Under the pieces are notes generated by a model that was given only the letters and a program-made list of their open reading frames with translations, made no database searches and was not told the DNA's origin. From Alphaproteobacteria bacterium (GTDB taxonomy: Bacteria > Pseudomonadota > Alphaproteobacteria > RF32 > CAG-239): 64,000 bases of DNA. Position numbers and translations under genes: made by a program. Each line of letters opens with the position of its first letter. Position 1 is the first letter of the stretch. Location: contig SUUY01000001.1 in NCBI GenBank assembly GCA_015062285.1, positions 170,880 to 234,879 of the forward strand, written 5' to 3'. This document shows positions 31,679-42,041 of the stretch, in pieces.

Positions 31679-33069
31679 TTGATAAGAACATCAAATTCAT
31701 TTTTTTTACGGTCTAACATTTCTCGGTTTTCTCCTTGAAGAGGAAGCGGTTTGCGAGCAATTACGTATTGTGGCAAAATCTTTTTTATTTCGTCAACGGG
31801 TTGTGGCCATGATTGAGAGCGAATTCTGATTTTTTTGCCCTGACCGGCTGATACTTTTGGGGTTATTTCTCCACTTTCGGCATCTTCAAATTCGCTTAGG
31901 GTTAAACGAAAGTTTTCCAAACTGTTCGGAAGTAAAAATTCAATAAACTCCCCACTGTTAATATAGTTGCGAATCTCAAAAATAGCATCATCTCCTTGCC
32001 ACTCAACAATAGATCCGGCAAAGAGCCAATCGCCTAATGTTCTGGTGTATTCATAATTTTGGCTAATGTTAGTGAGCTTTCCATCATGAAAACCTAAGCA
32101 GTAACCACGGTTTTGCAAAGTATAAAGATCGTCCATATATTTATTAAAATTCCAAGATGCAGGGTCTTGGTACCAATCGTCGATTGCTTGACGATAAGTA
32201 CGGGCAACAATGGCAGCATAATATTCAGTTTTGTTACGGCCTTCAACTTTTAACGAATCCATGCCTGAACTTAATAAATCAGGCAACCGAGGCATAAGAC
32301 ACATATCTTTGGAATTGAGTATGTAACCGCCGTTTTCATCTTCTATTATTTCAAAATATTCTCCGGGGCGAAAGTCTTCTTCCAGCAAAAATTCAAAAGC
32401 ATCTTTATTTTGTTCGTTAATCTCAATATCTTTGATTGTGCCGTCTTTTAGACGAATATGGAGCTTGTAGTGCCAGCGACAACAATGAGCGCATTTGCCT
32501 TGATTGGCACTGCGGTCTGCCAAGTAATTAGAGATTAGGCAACGTCCGGAATAAGACATGCACATTGCCCCATGCATAAAACATTCTAATAATATATCGG
32601 GGCATTGTTGACGAATTTGTTGCATTTCTTCAAATGTTACTTCACGTCCTAAAACGCATAATTTAGCCCCTTGAGATTGCCAAAACTTAACTGCTTGTGC
32701 AGAACATATATTAGCTTGAGTTGAAACAAATAAGTTTAGTTCCGGCGCATGCTCTTTTACATACATAAATACCCCAGGGTCTGCAATTAAAACACCATCA
32801 GGTTGCAGGTGACGCAATGTTTCAACAAAGGTCGGAAGTTTTTCAACATCACGGTTATGCATAAATAAATTGAGCGTCAAATAAATTTTTTTGCCATGAT
32901 TGTGTACAAATTTAATTCCTTCTTCCAATTCTTCCAATGTAAATTTACTTTGGGCTCTCAGGCACATATCCGGTGTTCCGGCATAAACAGCATCGGCACC
33001 ATATAAAATTGCCGTTTTTAATTTTACTAGTGAGCCAGCAGGAAGTAGTAATTCAGCTTTGCTTAACAT
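31660..33069 (-). CDS. peptidase U32 family protein (YegQ/TrhP-like)
   Basis: 469 aa. ELLLPAGSL..LK.A..YGADAVY N-terminus and the Cys-rich core HGAMCMSYSGRCLISNYLADRSANQGKCAHCCRW typical of U32. Confidence 0.75.
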   Translation of the reverse strand: MLSKAELLLPAGSLVKLKTAILYGADAVYAGTPDMCLRAQSKFTLEELEEGIKFVHNHGKKIYLTLNLFMHNRDVEKLPTFVETLRHLQPDGVLIADPGVFMYVKEHAPELNLFVSTQANICSAQAVKFWQSQGAKLCVLGREVTFEEMQQIRQQCPDILLECFMHGAMCMSYSGRCLISNYLADRSANQGKCAHCCRWHYKLHIRLKDGTIKDIEINEQNKDAFEFLLEEDFRPGEYFEIIEDENGGYILNSKDMCLMPRLPDLLSSGMDSLKVEGRNKTEYYAAIVARTYRQAIDDWYQDPASWNFNKYMDDLYTLQNRGYCLGFHDGKLTNISQNYEYTRTLGDWLFAGSIVEWQGDDAIFEIRNYINSGEFIEFLLPNSLENFRLTLSEFEDAESGEITPKVSAGQGKKIRIRSQSWPQPVDEIKKILPQYVIARKPLPLQGENREMLDRKKNEFDVLINKESGD

Positions 33070-33072
33070 GTT

Positions 33073-33846
33073 TTAGTCCTTTATACTAATTTTGGTGGTA
33101 TATACGTCTAGGCGGCCAAGAGGTGTTTCTTTGACCAGTACTCTAGCGATGAAAGGTTTATTGCTGTGTTCCAATATCCAAAAATAAATCGGGCGATCAG
33201 ATGTTAATTCCCATAGGAGATCATCGCCTTTTTCTCCTAATTTATCTATATACATTGAACATTTAGATGCTAAACCGGAATAAGGAGAGTGTTCGTTGGC
33301 AGTTAACTCTTCTTTGCCTTCATCTTTAAATATTACATCGAAACGGCGTTTGCCATCATATACTTGCATACGAGAATCGCAAAATTTTACTTCATTATAT
33401 TGTTTGGCAAGTTCAGCTAGAACTGTTTGTAGGTCGGTTGTGCCTTTGTTTTTAGGATTATCTGTAAGTTTTACTTTTTTTGATTCTTCATTTTTAGAGC
33501 TAATACGATAGATGGGAATTCCTTGTTCATTATATACAAGCTCTTTAGTTCTGTGGTTGAATCTGGTATGTGAACTGTAATGATAATGTGATGTTTCTAA
33601 TTGGTTGTTCTTTATGTTACCATCGGTGTAATATTTGGCCTTAAAAGGATATAACGTATTGAAAAAACCATAGGTTGCAACCTCTGATTGCACTTTGTAA
33701 GATGAATCTGTCAGTTTATAACTAAAAGAGGTATGGCTTGCTTCAAAAGGACCGATAAATACTTTAAAATTGTGCATTACTTCAGTAGCGTATGCGCTGG
33801 TTGTAAGCATCAATAAAATAGTGCATATTTGTGCTATTTTTTTCAT
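33073..33846 (-). CDS. exported protein of unknown function (possibly DUF3108-like)
   Basis: 257 aa with signal peptide MKKIAQICTILLMLTTSAYA and beta-rich appearance. The family assignment is only a weak recollection. Confidence 0.55.
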   Translation of the reverse strand: MKKIAQICTILLMLTTSAYATEVMHNFKVFIGPFEASHTSFSYKLTDSSYKVQSEVATYGFFNTLYPFKAKYYTDGNIKNNQLETSHYHYSSHTRFNHRTKELVYNEQGIPIYRISSKNEESKKVKLTDNPKNKGTTDLQTVLAELAKQYNEVKFCDSRMQVYDGKRRFDVIFKDEGKEELTANEHSPYSGLASKCSMYIDKLGEKGDDLLWELTSDRPIYFWILEHSNKPFIARVLVKETPLGRLDVYTTKISIKD

Positions 33847-33915
33847 TAATTTTATTCTTTCTTTAAACTTTTGCCCTACAATATCATAAAAAATTATAAT
33901 TTAAAGGAATTAATA

Positions 33916-34839
33916 ATGTCTAAAAAAGTTTTAGTTTTGATGGGTGGTTTTTCGCATGAAAGAAATGTGAGCCTTGTATCAGGAAAAGGAGTTGCCGAGG
34001 CTTTGCGTCAAAAAAAGTTTAATGTTGTGGAGCATGATTTACAAGATGGTTGGGCTTTTTTAGATGTTTTGAAAAAAGAAAAACCGGATGTTGTTTTTAA
34101 TGCTCTTCATGGAAATTGGGGCGAAGATGGAGAAATTCAGGGATTTTTAGATGTTTTACAAATTCCATATACGCATTCGGGAATGAAGGCCTCGTTATTA
34201 GGTATGGATAAAAATATTACAAAAGATTTTGCAAAATCTTGCGGTATTAAAATTGCTCCAAGCGAAAAAATGAAGGTTAAGGATTTTTTTAGTAAAGGGA
34301 CATCTATTGATATACCATATGTGCTAAAACCGGTTAGTGATGGTTCTAGTGTGGGAGTATTTATTATAATGAACGAAAATGACCTGAAACAGGTTTATTA
34401 TGATGATGAAAATATAGAAATTATGGTGGAAAAATATATTTCAGGGAAAGAGCTTACAATATCATGTATAAATGGAAAATCATTTGTGGTAACGGAAATA
34501 AAACCTAAAGTTGAATTTTATGATTATAATGCAAAATATACAAATGGGATTACCGAACATGTTTTGCCGGCAGAGATTCCTGATAATGTAGCTGAAGAGT
34601 GTAAGCAATGGGCCGAGCGTTTGCATAAAAAGCTCGGATGCAATATGGTTTCCAGAATAGATGTTCGCTATAATGAAAAAGATGGTCCGGTTTTTTTGGA
34701 AATAAATACTCATCCCGGAATGACACCATTGTCTTTGGTGCCGGAGCAAGCTAAATATGCCGGAATTTCTTATGCGGATTTGTGCGAAATGCTTGTTGAT
34801 GCAGCAACTTGTAGAAGTTTGAGAGTTGATAATGCTTGA
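33916..34839 (+). CDS. ddl: D-alanine--D-alanine ligase
   Basis: MSKKVLVLMGGFSHERNVSLVSG N-terminus and ATP-grasp body. I trimmed the start to the ATG at 33916. Confidence 0.9.
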   Translation: MSKKVLVLMGGFSHERNVSLVSGKGVAEALRQKKFNVVEHDLQDGWAFLDVLKKEKPDVVFNALHGNWGEDGEIQGFLDVLQIPYTHSGMKASLLGMDKNITKDFAKSCGIKIAPSEKMKVKDFFSKGTSIDIPYVLKPVSDGSSVGVFIIMNENDLKQVYYDDENIEIMVEKYISGKELTISCINGKSFVVTEIKPKVEFYDYNAKYTNGITEHVLPAEIPDNVAEECKQWAERLHKKLGCNMVSRIDVRYNEKDGPVFLEINTHPGMTPLSLVPEQAKYAGISYADLCEMLVDAATCRSLRVDNA

Positions 34840-35731
34840 GTTAAAAAATATTAAAAGTAATTCCGTGATTGTGGTGGCCGGACCGACAGCTTCGGGGAAA
34901 TCGGCATTAGCAATAGACTTAGCTTTGCGTTATAACGGAGAAATCGTTAATGCGGATTCTATGCAAGTTTATGCCGGGACACCGATTATTTCGGCATCAC
35001 CAACAGATGAAGAGAAAAAACTTGTTCCACACCATTTGTATGAAATATATCCTCCTTCAAAAAAAGGAGCTGTTACGGAATGGTTGAATTTGGCAGTTGC
35101 AAAAATTAAAGATATTTGGCTCAGAGAAAAACTGCCAATATTGGTTGGCGGGACTGGGTTTTATATTGAATCTTTGATTAATGGAACTTCTCCTATTCCG
35201 GAAACATCATCAGATATCAAGAATAGGGTTGCTAAGATTATGGAGCAAGGCGGAGTTGATGCGTTGTATAAAGCTTTATTGGAAACAGATCCTTTAGGTG
35301 CAGAAATGGTAAAGCCCAAGGATACCAGCAGAGTAAGACGAGCATTGGAAATTTTTTGGGATACGGGAGTATCAATTAGTGAATGGTTTAAATTGGATTT
35401 TGTTAAGCTTTTGCCTGATGCTGAATTTGAAGTTATAGTGTTGCTGCCAAAATTAACGGTGCTTGAAGAAAAATGTTCAAAACGCTTCGATTCAATGATG
35501 CAACAAGGGGCTTTAGAAGAAGCTAAACAGATTTATGATCTTAATTTGGCATCAAGTCTTCCGGCAATGAAAGCAATTGGAATACCAGAGTTAATAAATT
35601 ATTTGCAAGGAAATATTAGTTTAGAAGATGCTGTAAAATTGGCGAAGTTGCATACAAGACAATATGCAAAGCGACAGTTAACATGGTTTAGAAATAGATT
35701 AAAAAATAATGCAAGTTATATAATCGAGTAG
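34832..35731 (+). CDS. miaA: tRNA dimethylallyltransferase
   Basis: P-loop GPTASGKS and NADSMQVY motif. The ATG at 34832 lies 6 nt after a GAGAG SD and overlaps the ddl stop by 8 nt. Confidence 0.9.
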   Translation: MLELKNIKSNSVIVVAGPTASGKSALAIDLALRYNGEIVNADSMQVYAGTPIISASPTDEEKKLVPHHLYEIYPPSKKGAVTEWLNLAVAKIKDIWLREKLPILVGGTGFYIESLINGTSPIPETSSDIKNRVAKIMEQGGVDALYKALLETDPLGAEMVKPKDTSRVRRALEIFWDTGVSISEWFKLDFVKLLPDAEFEVIVLLPKLTVLEEKCSKRFDSMMQQGALEEAKQIYDLNLASSLPAMKAIGIPELINYLQGNISLEDAVKLAKLHTRQYAKRQLTWFRNRLKNNASYIIE

Positions 35732-35817
35732 TTTACTTTTTTCGCTAAAATTAAATCTTTTTTGTGAACAAAATACTTTGTTCTTGCACAGATGTATATA
35801 TCGTTATAAAAGAATAA

Positions 35818-36888
<1,071 letters not shown>

Positions 36889-36978
36889 TTTTTGATTATA
36901 TGTGGCTTGTTTGCTGGTGGCAGCTAACAGGCCACTTTTTGAGTTGTTTAGTGTTTTTTAGTCTTGTGAGAATGTTGT

Positions 36979-37842
36979 ATGAAACGACGTCGAGGGCTGT
37001 TTTTACATTTGAGTCATATTCGTTTGTTGGCAAAAAAATTTGCTTTGGTTATACTGTTTTTGCTGGCTTTTGTGTTTATGCTTTTAAATAAGACTGAAAA
37101 TGCTATTATTGATAAAACGTATGGATGGGCGTCTGAAGTAACACTATCTATAATAGACGTGTTGGTTATCCCTGCAAAAATCATTGCACAAGGATATAAC
37201 TATGTTAGAGATTTGCGTTCGTTATATAGAGACAATGTACAACTCAGAGCCGAAAATCAAAAATTAAATGTTGTTTATAATAAGTATAAGTCTCTGGAAA
37301 TAGAAAATAGGCTGTTGACTTCTCTTTTAAATTATGCAACTCCACCTAACTCGGAATTTGTTACAGCCAGAGTTATTGCTGAAGAAGGGGACGCTTTTTC
37401 TCATTCATTGTTGGCTTATGTTGGTGACAAAAAGGTAAAAAAAGGGCAAGTTGCTCTATCTGATAAAGGTGTTGTAGGTAGAGTGGATAAAATATTGGGT
37501 AATTATGTGAAAATTATTCTAATTACTGATATTAACTCTAAAATTCCGGTCTTGATTGAAAATACAAGAGTCAGAGGTATTTTATCGGGAAACAATACAC
37601 TTTCACCAAGATTAGTATTTATTCCTCTAGATGCAACAGTTAAGGTTGGAGATAGAATAGTTACTTCTGGTGTTGCCGGAGTGTTTCCTGCAGGGTTGCC
37701 AGTAGGTAAAATCGTAAGTGTCGGAAAATACGAGATAATTGTTAAGCCTTTTAGTGGGTTGGAACGTTTAGAATATGTTAAATTGGTTGATTATAGTATT
37801 GCCGACGATGACAAAAACGAAAGCGGACGAAAAGAAGAATGA
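36979..37842 (+). CDS. mreC: rod shape-determining protein MreC
   Basis: N-terminal TM segment, coiled coil (LRAENQKL) and C-terminal beta domains. Positioned between mreB and mreD. Confidence 0.8.
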   Translation: MKRRRGLFLHLSHIRLLAKKFALVILFLLAFVFMLLNKTENAIIDKTYGWASEVTLSIIDVLVIPAKIIAQGYNYVRDLRSLYRDNVQLRAENQKLNVVYNKYKSLEIENRLLTSLLNYATPPNSEFVTARVIAEEGDAFSHSLLAYVGDKKVKKGQVALSDKGVVGRVDKILGNYVKIILITDINSKIPVLIENTRVRGILSGNNTLSPRLVFIPLDATVKVGDRIVTSGVAGVFPAGLPVGKIVSVGKYEIIVKPFSGLERLEYVKLVDYSIADDDKNESGRKEE

Positions 37843-38357
37843 GCCAAAATTTAAAGGAAAATGCATCTTTAGTAATCAAAAATTGTTTGCCATTTGTGGT
37901 TTCTGTGTTGGTGCTTTTGATTTCGTTCTTACCATATAATTTCTTTATTTTAAAAGGTGTTCATGTTGCTGTAGGAATTTCTTGTGTGTACTTTTGGTTG
38001 CAGCATCGTCCCGATTTGTTTAATTTATGGTCGGCATTTGGAATTGGGATTATTGAAGATTTGATAAGTGCTTCTCCTTTGGGGTCTAATGTTTTTGAAG
38101 TATTGCTGATGTATTTGTTGGTTAATAGTACATCTAGGTTGTTTAATGCTAAACCATTTATTGTTTTATGGTATGGTTTTATGGCGCTTTCTTTGATAAC
38201 ACTATTTAGTCGCTGGTTAATTGTTTCTATTTATTATAGCCATTTTTTGCCACTTTCTGTTTTGTTTTTTAGTTATTTGGTTACGATTGTTTTATATCCG
38301 TTACTATCATTATTAATGGCCGCTGTACAAAATAAATTGATTAAGGAAGATTTTTGA
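37839..38357 (+). CDS. mreD: rod shape-determining protein MreD
   Basis: 172-aa polytopic membrane protein with ATGA overlap onto mreC. Called from its position in the mre operon. Confidence 0.65.
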   Translation: MSQNLKENASLVIKNCLPFVVSVLVLLISFLPYNFFILKGVHVAVGISCVYFWLQHRPDLFNLWSAFGIGIIEDLISASPLGSNVFEVLLMYLLVNSTSRLFNAKPFIVLWYGFMALSLITLFSRWLIVSIYYSHFLPLSVLFFSYLVTIVLYPLLSLLMAAVQNKLIKEDF

Positions 38358-40177
38358 TGAATAGGGATAATGATAAAGGAAAAGTTTTGATTAACAGATC
38401 CCTAATTTTGGGAGGAATACAGATTCTTTCCTTGTTGGTTATCATTGTTCGTTTGTATTATTTGCAGGTATATCAAGCTGATAAATATCAAACATTGGCT
38501 GATGAAAATAGAATATCTACACGATTGTTAATTCCGCCACGAGGTGGTGTTTATGATAGAAATGGAGAAATGTTGGCTACCAATCGTCAAAATTTTCAGG
38601 TTATGATGGTGGCGGAACAAACTACTAATGTGCAAGCGACCTTGGATGCATTTAAGAAAATAATGCCTTTGTCTGAAGCAGAAGAAGAAAAAATAAAAAA
38701 AGACTTAAAAAGAAATCGCAGTTTTGTTCCGGTAAAAATCAAAGATAATCTGACATGGGAAGAAGTAGCAAAGATTCAACTTAATGCTCCTGATTTACCA
38801 GGTATAATTATTGATGAGGGACTTAGTCGATTTTATCCGTATGGCGAAAAAACAGCTCATGTTATAGGTTATGTTTCTTCTGTTTCTGATAAAGAAGTTA
38901 AGGATGATCCGCTTTTGGAAGTTCCGGGTTTTAAAGTAGGAAAGTCAGGTATTGAAAAGTTATACGAAAAAAATTTACGTGGTAAAGGAGGAAACCTTAA
39001 ATTAGAGGTTAATGCTTTTGGTCGTATTATGAAGGAAATTGAAAGAATAGATGGAATTTCGGGTGAAAGAGTAGATCTAAGCATTGATGCCAGATTGCAA
39101 GAAAAAGCGTATGAACTTTTTGGTGAAGAGAGTGGGGCTGCAATATTGCTTGATGTTAATAGCGGAGAGATCTTAACTTTTGTTTCTGTTCCTTCTTTTG
39201 ATCCTAATATTTTAACACAAGGTGTCAGTGTAAAAGATTGGCAAGAACTGAATGAAAATGAAAAAAAGCCTCTAATGAATAAGGGGGTTTCCGGTCAATA
39301 TTCTCCAGGCTCTACATTTAAGATGGTAGTGGCATTGGCTGCGCTGGAAAGTGGCGTTATTAATTCTCAGAGTCGGTCTTTTTGTGCCGGAAAAATGTTT
39401 TTAGGTGATCATGCATTTCATTGCTGGAAAAATGAAGGGCATGGATATGTCGATGTTATTGAAGCCTTAAAGCATTCTTGCGATATATTTTTTTATGAAA
39501 CAGCACAGAAGTTAGGAATTAATAAGATAGAAGAAATGGCAAAACGTTTTGGTTTGGGAGATAAAATTAATATAGGTTTGGAGAATGAAAAATCAGGATT
39601 AATTCCTAATACGGATTGGAAAATGCGTAGATTTGGAGAATCTTGGCAACAAGGAGAAAGCTTGATTTCCGGTATAGGTCAAGGATATATACTGACTACC
39701 CCGATACAGCTGGCAACAATGACTGCAAGAATTGCAAATGGGGGATATAAGGTTGATCCGACATTAAAAAAGTTAACTGAGGATCAAAAACAAAAAATTG
39801 AAAAATTAAATATAGACCCATATAGCATTTCATTGGTGAAACAAGGAATGTTTGATGTGGTTAATGCTGAAGGAGGAACTGCTTTCGGTTCAAGATTTAA
39901 TTTTAATGGATTGAAAATGGCCGGAAAAACAGGAACGACACAAGTAAGAAGAATTACCATGAAAGAAAGGCAGTCAGGAATTGTAAAACAAGAGGATTTG
40001 CCATGGAAATACAGAAACCATGCTTTGTTTGTAGGATATGCTCCTCATGATAATCCAAAATATGCTGTGGCAATTTTGGTTGAGCATGGAGGTGGTGGTT
40101 CTTCTGCTGCCGCCCCGATAGGCGGTAAGCTTCTTTATGAAGCGTTAAAATTAGATGCGGAGGGATATAGACAATAA
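38357..40177 (+). CDS. mrdA: penicillin-binding protein 2 (elongasome transpeptidase)
   Basis: N-terminal TM segment, SxxK in YSPGSTFK, KTGT motif (GKTGTTQV). Lies between mreD and rodA. Confidence 0.92.
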   Translation: MNRDNDKGKVLINRSLILGGIQILSLLVIIVRLYYLQVYQADKYQTLADENRISTRLLIPPRGGVYDRNGEMLATNRQNFQVMMVAEQTTNVQATLDAFKKIMPLSEAEEEKIKKDLKRNRSFVPVKIKDNLTWEEVAKIQLNAPDLPGIIIDEGLSRFYPYGEKTAHVIGYVSSVSDKEVKDDPLLEVPGFKVGKSGIEKLYEKNLRGKGGNLKLEVNAFGRIMKEIERIDGISGERVDLSIDARLQEKAYELFGEESGAAILLDVNSGEILTFVSVPSFDPNILTQGVSVKDWQELNENEKKPLMNKGVSGQYSPGSTFKMVVALAALESGVINSQSRSFCAGKMFLGDHAFHCWKNEGHGYVDVIEALKHSCDIFFYETAQKLGINKIEEMAKRFGLGDKINIGLENEKSGLIPNTDWKMRRFGESWQQGESLISGIGQGYILTTPIQLATMTARIANGGYKVDPTLKKLTEDQKQKIEKLNIDPYSISLVKQGMFDVVNAEGGTAFGSRFNFNGLKMAGKTGTTQVRRITMKERQSGIVKQEDLPWKYRNHALFVGYAPHDNPKYAVAILVEHGGGGSSAAAPIGGKLLYEALKLDAEGYRQ

Positions 40178-40178
40178 G

Positions 40179-41318
40179 ATGTATAAGTTTTATGAGACTG
40201 GATTTAGAAATCAACCTCTATCATTAAAAGAAAAATTTCAGAATATAAGCTTTTTTTATATTATGCTGATTGTGGTGCTTGCAAGCATCGGTGTTGTAAT
40301 GTTGTATTCGGCAGCAAACGGAAACTGGAGTCCATGGGCTTTAAATCAGCTTATTCGTTTTGGTTTGGCTTTTATGATAATGATAATATTGGCTTTGATT
40401 GATATTAGGTTTTTGATGCGTTATGCCTATTTATTTTATTTTGCATCTTTAATTCTATTAGTTGCTGTTGAGGTTGGCGGTCATGTCGGAATGGGAGCTC
40501 AAAGGTGGATTAATTTGGGTTTTATGAAATTACAACCTTCAGAAATTATGAAAATAACTTTGGTATTGGCATTGGCAAGATATTTTCATTCTACATCCTT
40601 ACAAACTATAGAGACCACAAAAGGTATTATTATCCCTGCTTTAATGGTTATGATTCCTGCTTTTTTGGTTATGACACAGCCTGATTTAGGAACAGCTCTG
40701 ATGCTTGTGTTTACAGCCGGTGCGATCTTTTTTGCGGTGGGAGTGCAGTTATGGAAATTTGGGATTGTATTAGTTAGTGTTTTGTTGTCGTTGCCTGTTG
40801 TTTGGAGCCTGTTGCATGAATATCAGCAAAACAGAGTGTTAACATTTTTAAATCCGGAAAGAGATCCTTTAGGTGCGGGTTACCATATTATACAATCTAA
40901 AATTGCTTTAGGGTCAGGAGGGATGTTTGGTAAAGGTTTCCTGAAAGGAACGCAAAGCCATTTAAATTTTTTGCCGGAAAAACATACTGATTTTATATTT
41001 ACAATGCTTTCAGAAGAATTTGGTATGATTGGTGCTGTCTTTGTTGTTGGTTTGAACTTATTGATAATTGTAGCTAGTTTTGTTTTTGCTTTACGTTCAA
41101 CCAGCTATTTTGGAAAATTAGCAGCAATAGGTTTGGCTACAAACTTCTTTTTGTATGTGATGATAAATATATCTATGGTGTTGGGCTTAATTCCGGTGGT
41201 AGGAGTTCCTTTGCCTTTGATATCTTATGGAGGAACGGTTATTGTTTCGGTGATGGTAAGTTTCGGTATAATACTATCTGTAAATATAAATAGAAATATA
41301 AATATTGGAAAAGATTAA
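40179..41318 (+). CDS. rodA: peptidoglycan glycosyltransferase RodA (SEDS family)
   Basis: FtsW/RodA/SpoVE family polytopic protein (QPSEIMKI, PEKHTDFIF, LPLISYGG) directly after mrdA. Confidence 0.9.
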   Translation: MYKFYETGFRNQPLSLKEKFQNISFFYIMLIVVLASIGVVMLYSAANGNWSPWALNQLIRFGLAFMIMIILALIDIRFLMRYAYLFYFASLILLVAVEVGGHVGMGAQRWINLGFMKLQPSEIMKITLVLALARYFHSTSLQTIETTKGIIIPALMVMIPAFLVMTQPDLGTALMLVFTAGAIFFAVGVQLWKFGIVLVSVLLSLPVVWSLLHEYQQNRVLTFLNPERDPLGAGYHIIQSKIALGSGGMFGKGFLKGTQSHLNFLPEKHTDFIFTMLSEEFGMIGAVFVVGLNLLIIVASFVFALRSTSYFGKLAAIGLATNFFLYVMINISMVLGLIPVVGVPLPLISYGGTVIVSVMVSFGIILSVNINRNINIGKD

Positions 41319-41361
41319 AAAAAACATCTCCAAATTATTAAATTTGGAGATGTTTTTTTTG
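41316..41361. terminator. bidirectional terminator between rodA and carD
   Basis: Perfect 16-bp stem aaaacatctccaaatt (41321-41336) / aatttggagatgtttt (41341-41356), flanked by A and T runs. Confidence 0.85.
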
Positions 41362-41369
41362 TGATTTAA

Positions 41370-41876
41370 TTACTTGGTTAGCAATGCTAAAAGTTTTTGA
41401 GTTGCATCAGCCGGAGTAATGTTTTCAAATACAGCATATTCGTTGGCCAAACGATCAAGTGCTTGTTCGTATATTTGGCGTTCACTGTATGATTGTTCGG
41501 CTAAATTTTCGTTGCGATGCAAATCACGAACAACTTCAGCAATAGCTATGGGACTGCCGGAATTTATTTTGTTTTCATATTCCTGAGCACGACGTGACCA
41601 CATAACCTTTTTAACTTTGGCTTTTCCTTTAAGTGTGGTTAAAGCCTCGTTCATGGTATCGGCACCTGAAATTTTGCGAAGCCCGGTTGTTTCTGCTTTA
41701 GTCATAGGAATCCTAAGAGTCATTTTGTCTTTGGCAAAATTAACCACTATAAGTTCTAATTCTGAACCGGCAATGTTTTGTTTGGTGATGTCCGAAACTT
41801 TGCCTACACCATGAGCGGGATAGACAACATATTCACCAGAACAAAACGGATTTAGTACTGAAATTTTCTTGTTCAT
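41370..41876 (-). CDS. CarD/CdnL-family transcriptional regulator
   Basis: 168 aa with the RNAP-interacting N-terminal domain GEYVVYPAHGVGKV...IAG.ELELIVV.F..DKMTLRIP. Confidence 0.8.
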   Translation of the reverse strand: MNKKISVLNPFCSGEYVVYPAHGVGKVSDITKQNIAGSELELIVVNFAKDKMTLRIPMTKAETTGLRKISGADTMNEALTTLKGKAKVKKVMWSRRAQEYENKINSGSPIAIAEVVRDLHRNENLAEQSYSERQIYEQALDRLANEYAVFENITPADATQKLLALLTK

Positions 41877-42041
41877 AACCTTATCCTGTTTTGGTTGTTT
41901 TCTTGATTACGACGCTAACATACCACATTTTTTGATTTAAATCTAGATAAATTTTGTCAAAAAAAGCAAAAATCTTTTAACTCTATCTTAATTCTATGAA
42001 GTATAGAATAAAATGAAAACATAATTTTTAGGGGCAAAAAA

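Noticed and set aside
36900-37091. 63-aa ORF between mreB and mreC.
   Set aside because: It overlaps the mreC start in another frame. The mreC N-terminus from 36979 (basic stretch plus TM segment) is typical.
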